Shown here in pieces: positions 1 to 8,975 of a stretch of DNA of 64,000 nt. Position 1 is the first letter of the stretch, and each line of letters opens with the position of its first letter. The position numbers and the translations under genes are program-made. The notes under the pieces are model-generated. The model was given only the letters and a program-made list of their open reading frames with translations. It did no database searches and was not told the origin of the DNA. The stretch is taken from the NCBI GenBank assembly GCA_017409455.1, contig JAFQSS010000011.1, positions 29,595-93,594 of the forward strand, given 5' to 3'. Source of the stretch: Clostridia bacterium. Its GTDB lineage: Bacteria; Bacillota; Clostridia; TANB77; CAG-508.

Positions 1-66
1 CAAGGTATTGAAGTTTCAGAAGAACAAAAAGAAAATTTATCTAATTCAGGTGTTGTGCTTAATTAA
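1..66 (+). CDS. 3' end of an unidentified CDS entering from upstream of the window
   Basis: Open frame from base 1 to TAA at 64-66 (..QGIEVSEEQKENLSNSGVVLN*), followed by an imperfect hairpin plus T-run at about 73-105. Confidence 0.3.
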   Translation, partial: QGIEVSEEQKENLSNSGVVLN

Positions 67-111
67 AATAATAGAAAAAACAAGCTGCCTCTAAACAGCC
101 TGTTTTTTTAT

Positions 112-1563
112 TTAAAGCATTATATATACCGTATCACCAATAAAAACAAATCTTCTTTCATCAAATAATTCTATATTTTCAAAATTAATATTGGGGAAAT
201 ATTTCTCACTAAAATCTTCTACCTCTACAACCTTTTCTATTATTCTATCTGAGTGTAATAAAAATAAAGCACTACTTATACCTTCTAGACTTCTTCTTCC
301 CTCAATAATAGTCCCATAAATCATTTTATCATATTTTTTATTTAATATATGTAACGTATCCAATATGTCATAATTATCAAAATCTATCTTATAGCAATAC
401 TTCTCTACTTTATTTCCTGTTTGTTCTTCATATTTAGATATTACATTGTCTATGTTGGTTATTATATATTCATCTATATATTGCCCCTTCATATAAAAAT
501 ATGTATATTGTAAATATGTTAATAATACTGTTGCAAAATATATTATCAATATTACTTTAATAGCTTTATCTTTTCTTATCACATCACTTACACACCATAT
601 ATACATAAACATATATCCTATTGCAGCCCCAATTGTAAAAAATATTCTTCCATACTGTGTAGTTACAGGCATAACACCATTTCCTGTAGTAATTAACAAT
701 ATTATATTAACTACTATGGATATAATATATATCCATAGTAAATTTAGTATTTTTATATCTTTGGCAAAGCAATATAATGTAATTATCGCAACAAATGTTA
801 ACTGTAAATATTGTGGATAATGATTGCTACTAGAAAATATTAACATATATAAATTTATTAAAGCATTTTTACAATTTTCTATTAAATCTAAAGTTAATCT
901 GCCAGTCCCTCCAACAATTTCTGTGAAAACATAATTTATTCCAATTGTTATTAAAAGTATTCCCCCTGCCTTTAACATATCTATAATTACTTTTTTATTT
1001 AATCTTTTATTCTCTATTATAGAAATAACAAAAGCAGTTACTATAAACACATTTATTGTACCTTGATAACAAAACATTGCTATTAATGCTAATATAAAGC
1101 TTTTTAATATATTCTTTTCAATAATGTTTTTTGCTGAAATTATAAATAATAAAACACTTATAGCTATAATTGGTAATTCCATAAATTGAAATGCGTCTAT
1201 ATACATAAAATTAAAAATTATTAAATATGATATTATTGTTGGTATTATATTTAGTTTTCCTTCTAACTTTGCATATTTAACTATTAAATTCTTAATATAC
1301 ATGACTGCTATACAAGAAATTAAGACACCTATAATATATAATATAGGTATTACAAATTTCATTGGTAAATCTATTATTAGTTTCAATAAGAGTACAGAAA
1401 AAATTCTACCATCTACTAAAAATTTGCTTTGTATATATGTGTCATATCCATTATTTAGAAATTCTACCGTATCTATAGAATAATGTGGTTTTAAAAAAAA
1501 TATTGTAGAAAGCATTGCTGTGCAAAAAATTGCTATAAATATTAGTACTTCTTTTTTTCTCAT
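112..1563 (-). CDS. Polytopic membrane protein, possibly a GtrII-like (Glucos_trans_II type) membrane glycosyltransferase
   Basis: 483 aa with many hydrophobic helices. The N-terminal HYSIDTVEF..GRIFS pattern is recalled from that family. Not verified by search. Confidence 0.4.
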   Translation of the reverse strand: MRKKEVLIFIAIFCTAMLSTIFFLKPHYSIDTVEFLNNGYDTYIQSKFLVDGRIFSVLLLKLIIDLPMKFVIPILYIIGVLISCIAVMYIKNLIVKYAKLEGKLNIIPTIISYLIIFNFMYIDAFQFMELPIIAISVLLFIISAKNIIEKNILKSFILALIAMFCYQGTINVFIVTAFVISIIENKRLNKKVIIDMLKAGGILLITIGINYVFTEIVGGTGRLTLDLIENCKNALINLYMLIFSSSNHYPQYLQLTFVAIITLYCFAKDIKILNLLWIYIISIVVNIILLITTGNGVMPVTTQYGRIFFTIGAAIGYMFMYIWCVSDVIRKDKAIKVILIIYFATVLLTYLQYTYFYMKGQYIDEYIITNIDNVISKYEEQTGNKVEKYCYKIDFDNYDILDTLHILNKKYDKMIYGTIIEGRRSLEGISSALFLLHSDRIIEKVVEVEDFSEKYFPNINFENIELFDERRFVFIGDTVYIML

Positions 1564-1639
1564 TTGTTTTTCCTCCAGTATTTATATAATTCTAGTATAT
1601 AAAAGTTGTCATATTTTGTCAATGAATTATACAATCCTC

Positions 1640-2710
1640 CTAATTTTCTGATAATTCTCGAATCATTTTATCTGCAAAAACCGCATATCCTGTAGTCGGA
1701 TCATTTATAAAAACATGTGTAATAGCACCACAAAATTTTTCATTTTGTATAATTGGAGAGCCACTCATTCCTTGAATTATTCCTCCTGTTTCATTTAACA
1801 AGTCTTTATCTGTAACTTTTATTAGCATACTTTTATTATCATAATTATTATTATAATATATTTTTTCAATCTCTATATCATATTTCTTAACTTCCCCTGT
1901 CACATTAGATAATATTTGAGCTTTTCCTAGAACAATTTCTTGTCTTGCCGCTACATTCATTTTTTTAGAATAATCTATTTTCAAATTAGATTCATTTTTT
2001 ATTATTCCATATATTCCGAATTCTGTATTTTTATAAATATTCCCTATTATACTATTACTTTTAATAGAGCCTTGTATTTTTCCTGGTTCTTGTGTTACTC
2101 CCTTTACAACTGATATAATATTTACATCATCAATTTCTCCGGAAGAAGTTTTTATAATATCTCCTGTATCAATATCAGTTATTGCATGACCTAATGCAGC
2201 AAAGCTTTGTGTTGTTTCATTATAAAAAGTCACTGTCCCAACTCCTGCTGCACTATCTCTTACCCATAACCCAATTTTATATTCTTGTTGTTTGTTTTTG
2301 ACTGGTTGTATTTCACTTTTCTTTTGCTGATTTTCTCTCATATATGTTATTGTAATTTTTTCCCCATTACACATATTTATTGCATTTATTAATTGACTCG
2401 TATTATTTACTATATTTTCATTAATTGCAATTATAGAATCGCCTTCTTTAATTTCAGTATTTTCAAAAGGTTTGTGCATCGTGCCATCTATACTTTCTAT
2501 CGCAGATGTACCAACTACTAGCACTCCACTTGTATATAGTTTTATTCCTACAATTTCTCCAACAGGTATTACTTGTATATCTGATATTTTTATTTCTTGC
2601 CCTTCTACAGCTATTGTTTCTGGTATATAATTTCTAGATAATACAAATACATATAAAAAAATTAATACAAATAATAAACTTATTTTCTTGAGTGTTTTCA
2701 TTTTTTTCAC
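1640..2710 (-). CDS. spoIVB: SpoIVB-type S55 serine peptidase (signal anchor + PDZ + peptidase)
   Basis: N-terminal TM, PDZ-like segment (EGDSIIAINENIV), LWVRDSAAGVGTVTF and GMSGSPI catalytic-serine motif typical of SpoIVB. Confidence 0.85.
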   Translation of the reverse strand: MKKMKTLKKISLLFVLIFLYVFVLSRNYIPETIAVEGQEIKISDIQVIPVGEIVGIKLYTSGVLVVGTSAIESIDGTMHKPFENTEIKEGDSIIAINENIVNNTSQLINAINMCNGEKITITYMRENQQKKSEIQPVKNKQQEYKIGLWVRDSAAGVGTVTFYNETTQSFAALGHAITDIDTGDIIKTSSGEIDDVNIISVVKGVTQEPGKIQGSIKSNSIIGNIYKNTEFGIYGIIKNESNLKIDYSKKMNVAARQEIVLGKAQILSNVTGEVKKYDIEIEKIYYNNNYDNKSMLIKVTDKDLLNETGGIIQGMSGSPIIQNEKFCGAITHVFINDPTTGYAVFADKMIRELSEN

Positions 2711-2824
2711 TCCTTCAAAATTTATTATTTCTATTAATTAATTTTTTTATTCTAGTTAAATTTTCAAAAAAATTTAAAAAAGAAGATATATTTTTGTATC
2801 ATATATCTTCTAAATAACTTTTAA

Positions 2825-3241
2825 TTATGGGTTTTGTGAAATTAAGATTGATTCTACTAGTTTAGTAGTTGTATTATATGTTAATTCTACAGTATACCTA
2901 TAATTTGTAGACACTTTTGCTGGTGATTTTGATAATGTATTGATATCGTCAATTAGAACTGTGTCTCCATTTTTTACTTCAACACAAGTATCTGTACCTT
3001 CTTGTGCATTATTGTGGCTAAATACTGTTTGAAGTAAAGCATTTACGTCTGCACCGCTTCTGCTATCTCCTTCATATTTTCTAAATTTGTCATTAAATGT
3101 TTGAATTTGGTATTGAGTCAAATCTCCTGCACCTTCTGCTTGTTCAGAAGCTGTATTGAATATACCAATTCCTAAAGATATTATTAAAATTGCTACTAAT
3201 ACTGCAGCTGCAATTAATAATGCTTTTGTTGCGTTCTCCAT
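2825..3241 (-). CDS. Pilin-like protein, MENAxKAL family (paralog of 4578..4997); candidate major pilin with its own promoter
   Basis: MENATKALLIAAAVLVAILIISLGIGIF N-terminal hydrophobic helix, 138 aa. TTGACA-17-TAAAAT on the minus strand in the 3242-3393 spacer. Strong SD (ggaggg). Confidence 0.6.
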   Translation of the reverse strand: MENATKALLIAAAVLVAILIISLGIGIFNTASEQAEGAGDLTQYQIQTFNDKFRKYEGDSRSGADVNALLQTVFSHNNAQEGTDTCVEVKNGDTVLIDDINTLSKSPAKVSTNYRYTVELTYNTTTKLVESILISQNP

Positions 3242-3276
3242 AGTTTATCCCTCCTTTTTCCACTTTTGTTTATTAA
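2975..3276. repeat. 302-bp direct repeat, copy 1 (pairs with 4731..5032)
   Basis: Covers the SD/5' leader plus the first ~88 codons of the pilin gene. Roughly 90% identical by eye to copy 2, with no indels. Confidence 0.85.
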
Positions 3277-3393
3277 CATTTTGCCTTAAATAGACATTTA
3301 TTTACATTTATTTTAACAATAATAATAACTAATGTCAATATTTTTTCATAATAAAAAATGATTATTTACTTTGTAGTTTAAATAATCATTTTT

Positions 3394-3921
3394 CTATCTC
3401 ATTCCATTTATTGCAATTGTTCCAGATGCTGTTGCTGTAATTATTTCAATATCAGAACCAGCAATATTATAATAAAAACTTTTTAATGATTGTGATAATG
3501 TTTTACTACTATTCTTAACTGTTACTGATATTGCATCTCCCTGTTTTAAAATAATTTTTCCATCACTATTATTAGTAGTATTTGTCCCTGATAGTCCCAT
3601 TATGTCTTCAATTTGACTTGTAAAAATTGAATAATATGTATTATTGTCTCCTATTTTAGTTGTATTTTTATCTAAAACTTTTATTTCCATGTCTATTTCA
3701 TACGTATTTCCAGAAGAAGTTAATTCATTAACAAATTTTTGATATGAATCATTCGTTATTTTCCCAGATTTTATAACTTCATTTACAAATTCTGATGTGG
3801 TTGTTTGGACTACTAATTGAGCTATATCATCAGATCTGTCTGCTATTAAAATTAATGGTACCATAAACATCATAATAGAAGCAATTATAATACCTATTAT
3901 TGATACTGTAGTATCCTCCAT
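3394..3921 (-). CDS. Pilus-associated protein with N-terminal hydrophobic helix (minor pilin / pseudopilin candidate)
   Basis: MEDTTVSIIGIIIASIMMFMVPLILIADR start, 175 aa, embedded among pilin-like genes; AT-rich 15-bp hairpin downstream at about 3355-3393. Confidence 0.4.
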   Translation of the reverse strand: MEDTTVSIIGIIIASIMMFMVPLILIADRSDDIAQLVVQTTTSEFVNEVIKSGKITNDSYQKFVNELTSSGNTYEIDMEIKVLDKNTTKIGDNNTYYSIFTSQIEDIMGLSGTNTTNNSDGKIILKQGDAISVTVKNSSKTLSQSLKSFYYNIAGSDIEIITATASGTIAINGMR

Positions 3922-3930
3922 GTTACCTCC

Positions 3931-4539
3931 TTATAGGCTTTGCAATACATATGTTATCACTCTTTTTTTGATTTGACTTGCCCCTTCACCTTCATAATAT
4001 TCTCCTAAATGCTCTGTAAATTGTGCATTTTTTAAATATTTATACAATCCATTAGTGTGTATAAGTTTGTTTATATATTTGTTTTTGACATCTTGCGATT
4101 TTTCTTTTAATACTTTTTCTCCACCTAATATTATATCTAAATGTTCTTGTGCTTGCTCTTTACTTGCAAATCCTTCATTTGAAAGTTCTATGCATGCTAC
4201 TTTTATTGGATTACCTTTATTATCTTTTTTTACCTTTCCAGTAGTTTCTGTATCATAATATAAAGGAAGTGGTGTCCCAGCATCATTCTGCATAAAATAA
4301 ATTACAATATTTTCTTCAAATGCTCTATACATTGATGTTACAACGGTTTCTATTCCTACTGTTCTAGTAAGGTCTTCTGATGGATTAACATATGTATATT
4401 CTGTTTCTCTATCCCTCATATTTGCTATTGATTGTATTGCTGAGCTGGCTTGAGAAAAAGAAGATATACTTAAAGTCAACGCCAATACAAACATCATTAC
4501 TGCAAATGCAATTTTTAATGCTTCAACTGCGTTTTCCAT
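3931..4539 (-). CDS. Pilin-like protein, MENAxKAL family (202 aa)
   Basis: MENAVEALKIAFAVMMFVLALTLSISSF N-terminus; same operon. Confidence 0.5.
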   Translation of the reverse strand: MENAVEALKIAFAVMMFVLALTLSISSFSQASSAIQSIANMRDRETEYTYVNPSEDLTRTVGIETVVTSMYRAFEENIVIYFMQNDAGTPLPLYYDTETTGKVKKDNKGNPIKVACIELSNEGFASKEQAQEHLDIILGGEKVLKEKSQDVKNKYINKLIHTNGLYKYLKNAQFTEHLGEYYEGEGASQIKKRVITYVLQSL

Positions 4540-4577
4540 AAGTATATCTCCTTTCTAATTTTTTTGTAATTTAATTG

Positions 4578-4997
4578 TTATTTTGCTACTGTAATTTTTT
4601 TAATTAATTTAGTAGCAGTATCATATTCACAAGTTACTTTATATCTAGCCCCTAAAGATACTTTTGCTGGTGATGCTGTTATAGAATTGCTTTTAGCTAC
4701 ACCTGTATGACCCTCAACAGCACTTACTTCTACTTCAACACAAGTAGATGTATCTTCTTGTGCATTATTGTGGCTAAATACAGTATCAAGTAAAGCGTTT
4801 ACATCTGAACCCGTTCTGCTATCTCCTTCATATTTTTTAAATTTGTCATTAAATGTTTGAATTTCATATTGAGTCAAATCTCCTGCATTCTCAGCTTGTT
4901 CAGATGCTGTATTAAATATACCAATTCCTAAAGATATAATTAAAATTGCTACTAATACTGCAGCTGCAATTAATAGTGCTTTTGTTGCGTTCTCCAT
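4578..4997 (-). CDS. Pilin-like protein, MENAxKAL family (paralog of 2825..3241)
   Basis: N-terminal ~88 aa nearly identical to 2825..3241; the C-terminal part diverges except for the SPAKVS..RY..TKL motif. Confidence 0.6.
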   Translation of the reverse strand: MENATKALLIAAAVLVAILIISLGIGIFNTASEQAENAGDLTQYEIQTFNDKFKKYEGDSRTGSDVNALLDTVFSHNNAQEDTSTCVEVEVSAVEGHTGVAKSNSITASPAKVSLGARYKVTCEYDTATKLIKKITVAK

Positions 4998-5032
4998 AGT
5001 TTATTCCTCCTTTTTCTACTTTTGTTTATTAA
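4731..5032. repeat. 302-bp direct repeat, copy 2 (pairs with 2975..3276)
   Basis: See copy 1. Confidence 0.85.
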
Positions 5033-5061
5033 AACTTGATAAATCTCTTTACCAAACTTTA

Positions 5062-5499
5062 TTAACTTGTTACGATTTGTTCAAATAATAAATATTTTAT
5101 TTTTCCTGTGTTTTTGTGGTATTCTATTTTTGAACATCTAAATTTTATATTTCCATAATATTGTATAAATTGTCCTATTCCTGCATTATAGAAAGTTTCC
5201 ATTTTATATGTTGTATCATTGTCTTGCATATATATTTCTATCTGTATAGAATTTTGTTCATTTGATATAAATACATCATTATTATCTTTTTCCACTTTAT
5301 TTTTAGCATTTTTATCAATTACTTTATTTATAAGTGTTCCTAATTCTATACCATATATTTCATTTTCTGTATATTCTTCAATTTCAGCTTTTTCTTTAAG
5401 TATTGTATTATACTCATTTTTATATGAAGAATACTTTACAAATATTATTATGACAACAATAATAATAATTGCAAATAATATTAATATTGACTTTTTCAT
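5062..5499 (-). CDS. N-terminally membrane-anchored protein of unknown function in the pilus operon
   Basis: MKKSILILFAIIIIVVIIIFVKY anchor, 145 aa. Confidence 0.35.
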   Translation of the reverse strand: MKKSILILFAIIIIVVIIIFVKYSSYKNEYNTILKEKAEIEEYTENEIYGIELGTLINKVIDKNAKNKVEKDNNDVFISNEQNSIQIEIYMQDNDTTYKMETFYNAGIGQFIQYYGNIKFRCSKIEYHKNTGKIKYLLFEQIVTS

Positions 5500-5561
5500 C
5501 TATATATCCTTATTATAACATTTTTTTCCTATCTTTTCAACTTTTTTCTATTTTTTGATTG

Positions 5562-6017
5562 TTATGGTACTGTATATTCGTGAAAATTTACTTCATAAAC
5601 TCTGTTTGTTGTTGTGTTTATTTTTACATCTGCATAACCACATCTATATTGTTTTCCAAGCTCAGAGGACAATAATTCCGCAGATTTTGAATTTATTTTA
5701 TTTTCTAAATTAGTAATTCCTGACATATTAATTGTAACATAATAATCTGTTTTTAAGTTATTTTCATATGCAGTATTAGCTGCTGTTACGATATCTTGTA
5801 TTGTTAACGTAAATTGGGTTGTTTTTGTATAATCATCATAATTAATAAATCTAGTAAATTGCTCATTAAATTGTTGTGTTCCTTTAATAGCTATTTCATC
5901 TTGTGTTGATTCAACATATTTACTTAAAGAGGTATATAAACTTACACCTAAAGATATAATCATGATTCCTATTAATACACCTGCTGCTATTAACAGTGCT
6001 TTAACTGCATTTTCCAT
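5562..6017 (-). CDS. Pilin-like protein, MENAxKAL family (151 aa)
   Basis: MENAVKALLIAAGVLIGIMIISLGVSLY; QQFNEQF motif after the helix. Confidence 0.5.
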   Translation of the reverse strand: MENAVKALLIAAGVLIGIMIISLGVSLYTSLSKYVESTQDEIAIKGTQQFNEQFTRFINYDDYTKTTQFTLTIQDIVTAANTAYENNLKTDYYVTINMSGITNLENKINSKSAELLSSELGKQYRCGYADVKINTTTNRVYEVNFHEYTVP

Positions 6018-6039
6018 GTTTTTTTCCTTTCAACAAATA

Positions 6040-6876
6040 TTAATCCATTACAGGTTTTTCTTTACCGTTTTCAATTTTGGTTTGAAGTTTAAAATTCATT
6101 TCAACAATTCTATTCGTTTCTGTATCATATTTTACTTCAGTACAATCAAATTTTGCTCTTTTAAATTGCATATATTGATAATATTGGATTGTTATATCTT
6201 TTATCACTTGAAGTCTGTCTGCTGAGAACTTATCTGTAGTCTTACCTGTTTCTTCATTTACTTCTATTATATTTTTTCCTAATAAATCCTCTAACATATA
6301 TGCTCTGTAAAGTCTATCATCTGCGTAGTCAAGGTCCTCTTCATCTGTTACAAATATATTGTAAATTTTTGATGCCAATAGTTGCAACTCTTTATCTGTA
6401 ATCCTTCCTAATTTTGCACTTGCTATCTGGCACATCTCGCTTGGAGTATTAGTAATTGCTATTAATTTTTTATCACTTACCCAATTATCTCCTGTTGTAT
6501 TTGTTATAACTGATGACATCAAATATTGATTTCTTTTCCCTTCATACCCTGTTTTAAACCCTTCTAGCACTTCTTCATTTCCTAAAGTTATTGTTACTTT
6601 AATTCTCTCATAATTAGTTTCATCAAAATATGATTCAGTTGCATTATAGTCGATAATTTTGTTCATAAGAGAAATTAAATCACTTCCTCTTATGTTGTTT
6701 CTATGATAATTTTCAAATTTCGCATTAAATTTTGTTGTTTGCTCTATTAATGTTGCTTCATGTTTTTGAGTATAATATGATGAAATATCATTGTACAACA
6801 CTACTAATAACGATACTATCATAATTGCCAAAAATATTCCTGCTGCAATTAACAGCGCTTTAGATGCATTCTCCAT
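6040..6876 (-). CDS. Large pilin-like protein, MENAxKAL family (278 aa; tip/adhesin candidate)
   Basis: MENASKALLIAAGIFLAIMIVSLLVVLY; TKFNAKFENY motif shared with the smaller pilins. Confidence 0.5.
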   Translation of the reverse strand: MENASKALLIAAGIFLAIMIVSLLVVLYNDISSYYTQKHEATLIEQTTKFNAKFENYHRNNIRGSDLISLMNKIIDYNATESYFDETNYERIKVTITLGNEEVLEGFKTGYEGKRNQYLMSSVITNTTGDNWVSDKKLIAITNTPSEMCQIASAKLGRITDKELQLLASKIYNIFVTDEEDLDYADDRLYRAYMLEDLLGKNIIEVNEETGKTTDKFSADRLQVIKDITIQYYQYMQFKRAKFDCTEVKYDTETNRIVEMNFKLQTKIENGKEKPVMD

Positions 6877-6879
6877 ATT

Positions 6880-8946
6880 TTATCCTCCCATTTGAGAAAA
6901 CGCCCCAGTCATATTTGTTAATCCTATTATTACTAAAGGAATAATTAAATATCCTACAAATAAACATATCATTGGTGCAAACCCCACAGCTTTACCTATT
7001 AATCCTTTTCTAGATATTAGTACATTATTTGCATCTTTTCTTTTTTCTTGATGATATTCTCTATCTGAATCTAATTCATCAAATGCTTCTCTAATAGGTA
7101 TTTTTTCTACTGCTGCTTGTAAGCTCTCTACAATTCTTATCAATTCTGGCTGTGTAACAGAATTTTTTAATTCTTCTAATGCTTCCCATGCACCAGCTTC
7201 GTAGTTATTTACACATCTCGATATTGGCTCTTTAAAAATGTTTGAATAACGTTCCAACCATTCTAAAATCATTTCAACATTAACTCTTTCAATTTTCATT
7301 AACATTAATATAATTGTCTGGAATTGCATTACTTCATTTTCCATTTCCATTTGCCTCATCTTTTTTTGAAATATCATCATCCAAACAGGCCCCATATATG
7401 CGATAATTGCAAATGTTATTGCTAGTAATATTTCAAACCACTGCATTGCCTCTGAATTTACTATTTTTAATTTGTTGTAAATTCTTACAGCATCTGTTTC
7501 TATTTTCTCGTCTCCTTCTTCATAATATGGAGACTTTGGTAATTCTCTTTCTATTTCTTCTACAGTTATTTTCAAATCACCTTTTAATTTGTCCAAAAAA
7601 TAGTTGTCTTGTTTTGTTAATGCATCAGCTTTCTTTTGGTTCTTTTCTGATAATTTTCCTAAAACTACTGTTTCTGTTGTTGGTTCAGTATAAACATAAT
7701 TTATAGCTATTTTATGTAAAAATCCAAATAAAATAATTGAAACTATTAATGTTGCTATTGCTAAAAATATTCTATTTACATATATCCATTCCATTTTTGC
7801 TTTTGAAGCAGAATCTTTCATAAGTTTCTGCATTTTTCTATAATCTTTCGTCCCTTTTTTGGGTACAAAAGCATTTATTGCTTGTTTTAAAATTGGCTTT
7901 TCATATACTTTCTCTTGCCATGGGTGGTCATTTGTTGCAATATCTACTTGTACTCCTCCATTGTCTTTTAATTTTCTTGTCAACATATAAGATATTACTG
8001 TTAATAGTACTATTAATATTTGTACTATCATGCCAACTTTTCCTTCATAAAAGCTAGCTGTAAATGCAAAATTTGAAATTGACCATGCTTTTAATGGTTC
8101 CAATAATAATACTGGTGCTATTGATATAAATGTTAAACTTTGAAATACATAATTTAATTTATCTCGTTTTAATATTTCAATTTGCATTTCTTGTGTAATG
8201 TTTGTGACATTCTTTAAATATAGTGAAACTCCATCTTCTTCTCTATCTCCAAATTCTTGAGTCAAATATGATATACCAGCAAATTCTTTTAAATAACTGT
8301 TTGGTGCTATATCATAATATTTTTCAAGTTCTGTCTCTGGGTCATCTGAACTTAATATTTCATAAATTTTTTCACCCTGTTTTGAAATACTTTTTTCATC
8401 ATCTAATGATACTTGATATATTGCTTCTTCCACCATGTTATATTCATGATATGCATGTCTGATTTCTGCAAAAAAATCTATCTGTTCTTTTAATAATTTA
8501 TTGTCAAGTTTATCAACCATTCCAATTACCAGAGTATCTGCTATAAATAGTTCAAATATTAGTAATATTGCCATTAATAAAAAGTTTCCTTTTGTTATCA
8601 CTATTGTTGCACTGGCTATTACAACAAATATTAACAGTGCTTTTAATAATATCTTTGCAGAATCTTTTCTCGTTACATATTCATCATCTATATTGATAAT
8701 TTCAAGTCTTCTTCTTATTTTGTATAAATATCTTTTTACAAAAGGTGTTTTTATAAGCATTATGTATAATTTTTGATAAAATATATCTAATGAAAAAGTA
8801 TTCGCCTTTGTACCTTCTTGTAACTTTTTCATTTGTTTGTACTCAGACTTTCCCATTTTTTTCATTAATATAAAATATGCAATCATTATTCCAGACAATG
8901 ATAACACAGCAATTAATATTACATATTTCATCATATCCATGTTCAT
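6880..8946 (-). CDS. Polytopic inner-membrane platform protein (TadB/TadC-like, possibly a fusion)
   Basis: 688 aa with several TM clusters separated by cytoplasmic helical regions; lies directly downstream of the secretion ATPase. Family assignment is by context only. Confidence 0.45.
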   Translation of the reverse strand: MNMDMMKYVILIAVLSLSGIMIAYFILMKKMGKSEYKQMKKLQEGTKANTFSLDIFYQKLYIMLIKTPFVKRYLYKIRRRLEIINIDDEYVTRKDSAKILLKALLIFVVIASATIVITKGNFLLMAILLIFELFIADTLVIGMVDKLDNKLLKEQIDFFAEIRHAYHEYNMVEEAIYQVSLDDEKSISKQGEKIYEILSSDDPETELEKYYDIAPNSYLKEFAGISYLTQEFGDREEDGVSLYLKNVTNITQEMQIEILKRDKLNYVFQSLTFISIAPVLLLEPLKAWSISNFAFTASFYEGKVGMIVQILIVLLTVISYMLTRKLKDNGGVQVDIATNDHPWQEKVYEKPILKQAINAFVPKKGTKDYRKMQKLMKDSASKAKMEWIYVNRIFLAIATLIVSIILFGFLHKIAINYVYTEPTTETVVLGKLSEKNQKKADALTKQDNYFLDKLKGDLKITVEEIERELPKSPYYEEGDEKIETDAVRIYNKLKIVNSEAMQWFEILLAITFAIIAYMGPVWMMIFQKKMRQMEMENEVMQFQTIILMLMKIERVNVEMILEWLERYSNIFKEPISRCVNNYEAGAWEALEELKNSVTQPELIRIVESLQAAVEKIPIREAFDELDSDREYHQEKRKDANNVLISRKGLIGKAVGFAPMICLFVGYLIIPLVIIGLTNMTGAFSQMGG

Positions 8947-8975
8947 GTTATAGAAACACCTCCTCTTTACTTTAG

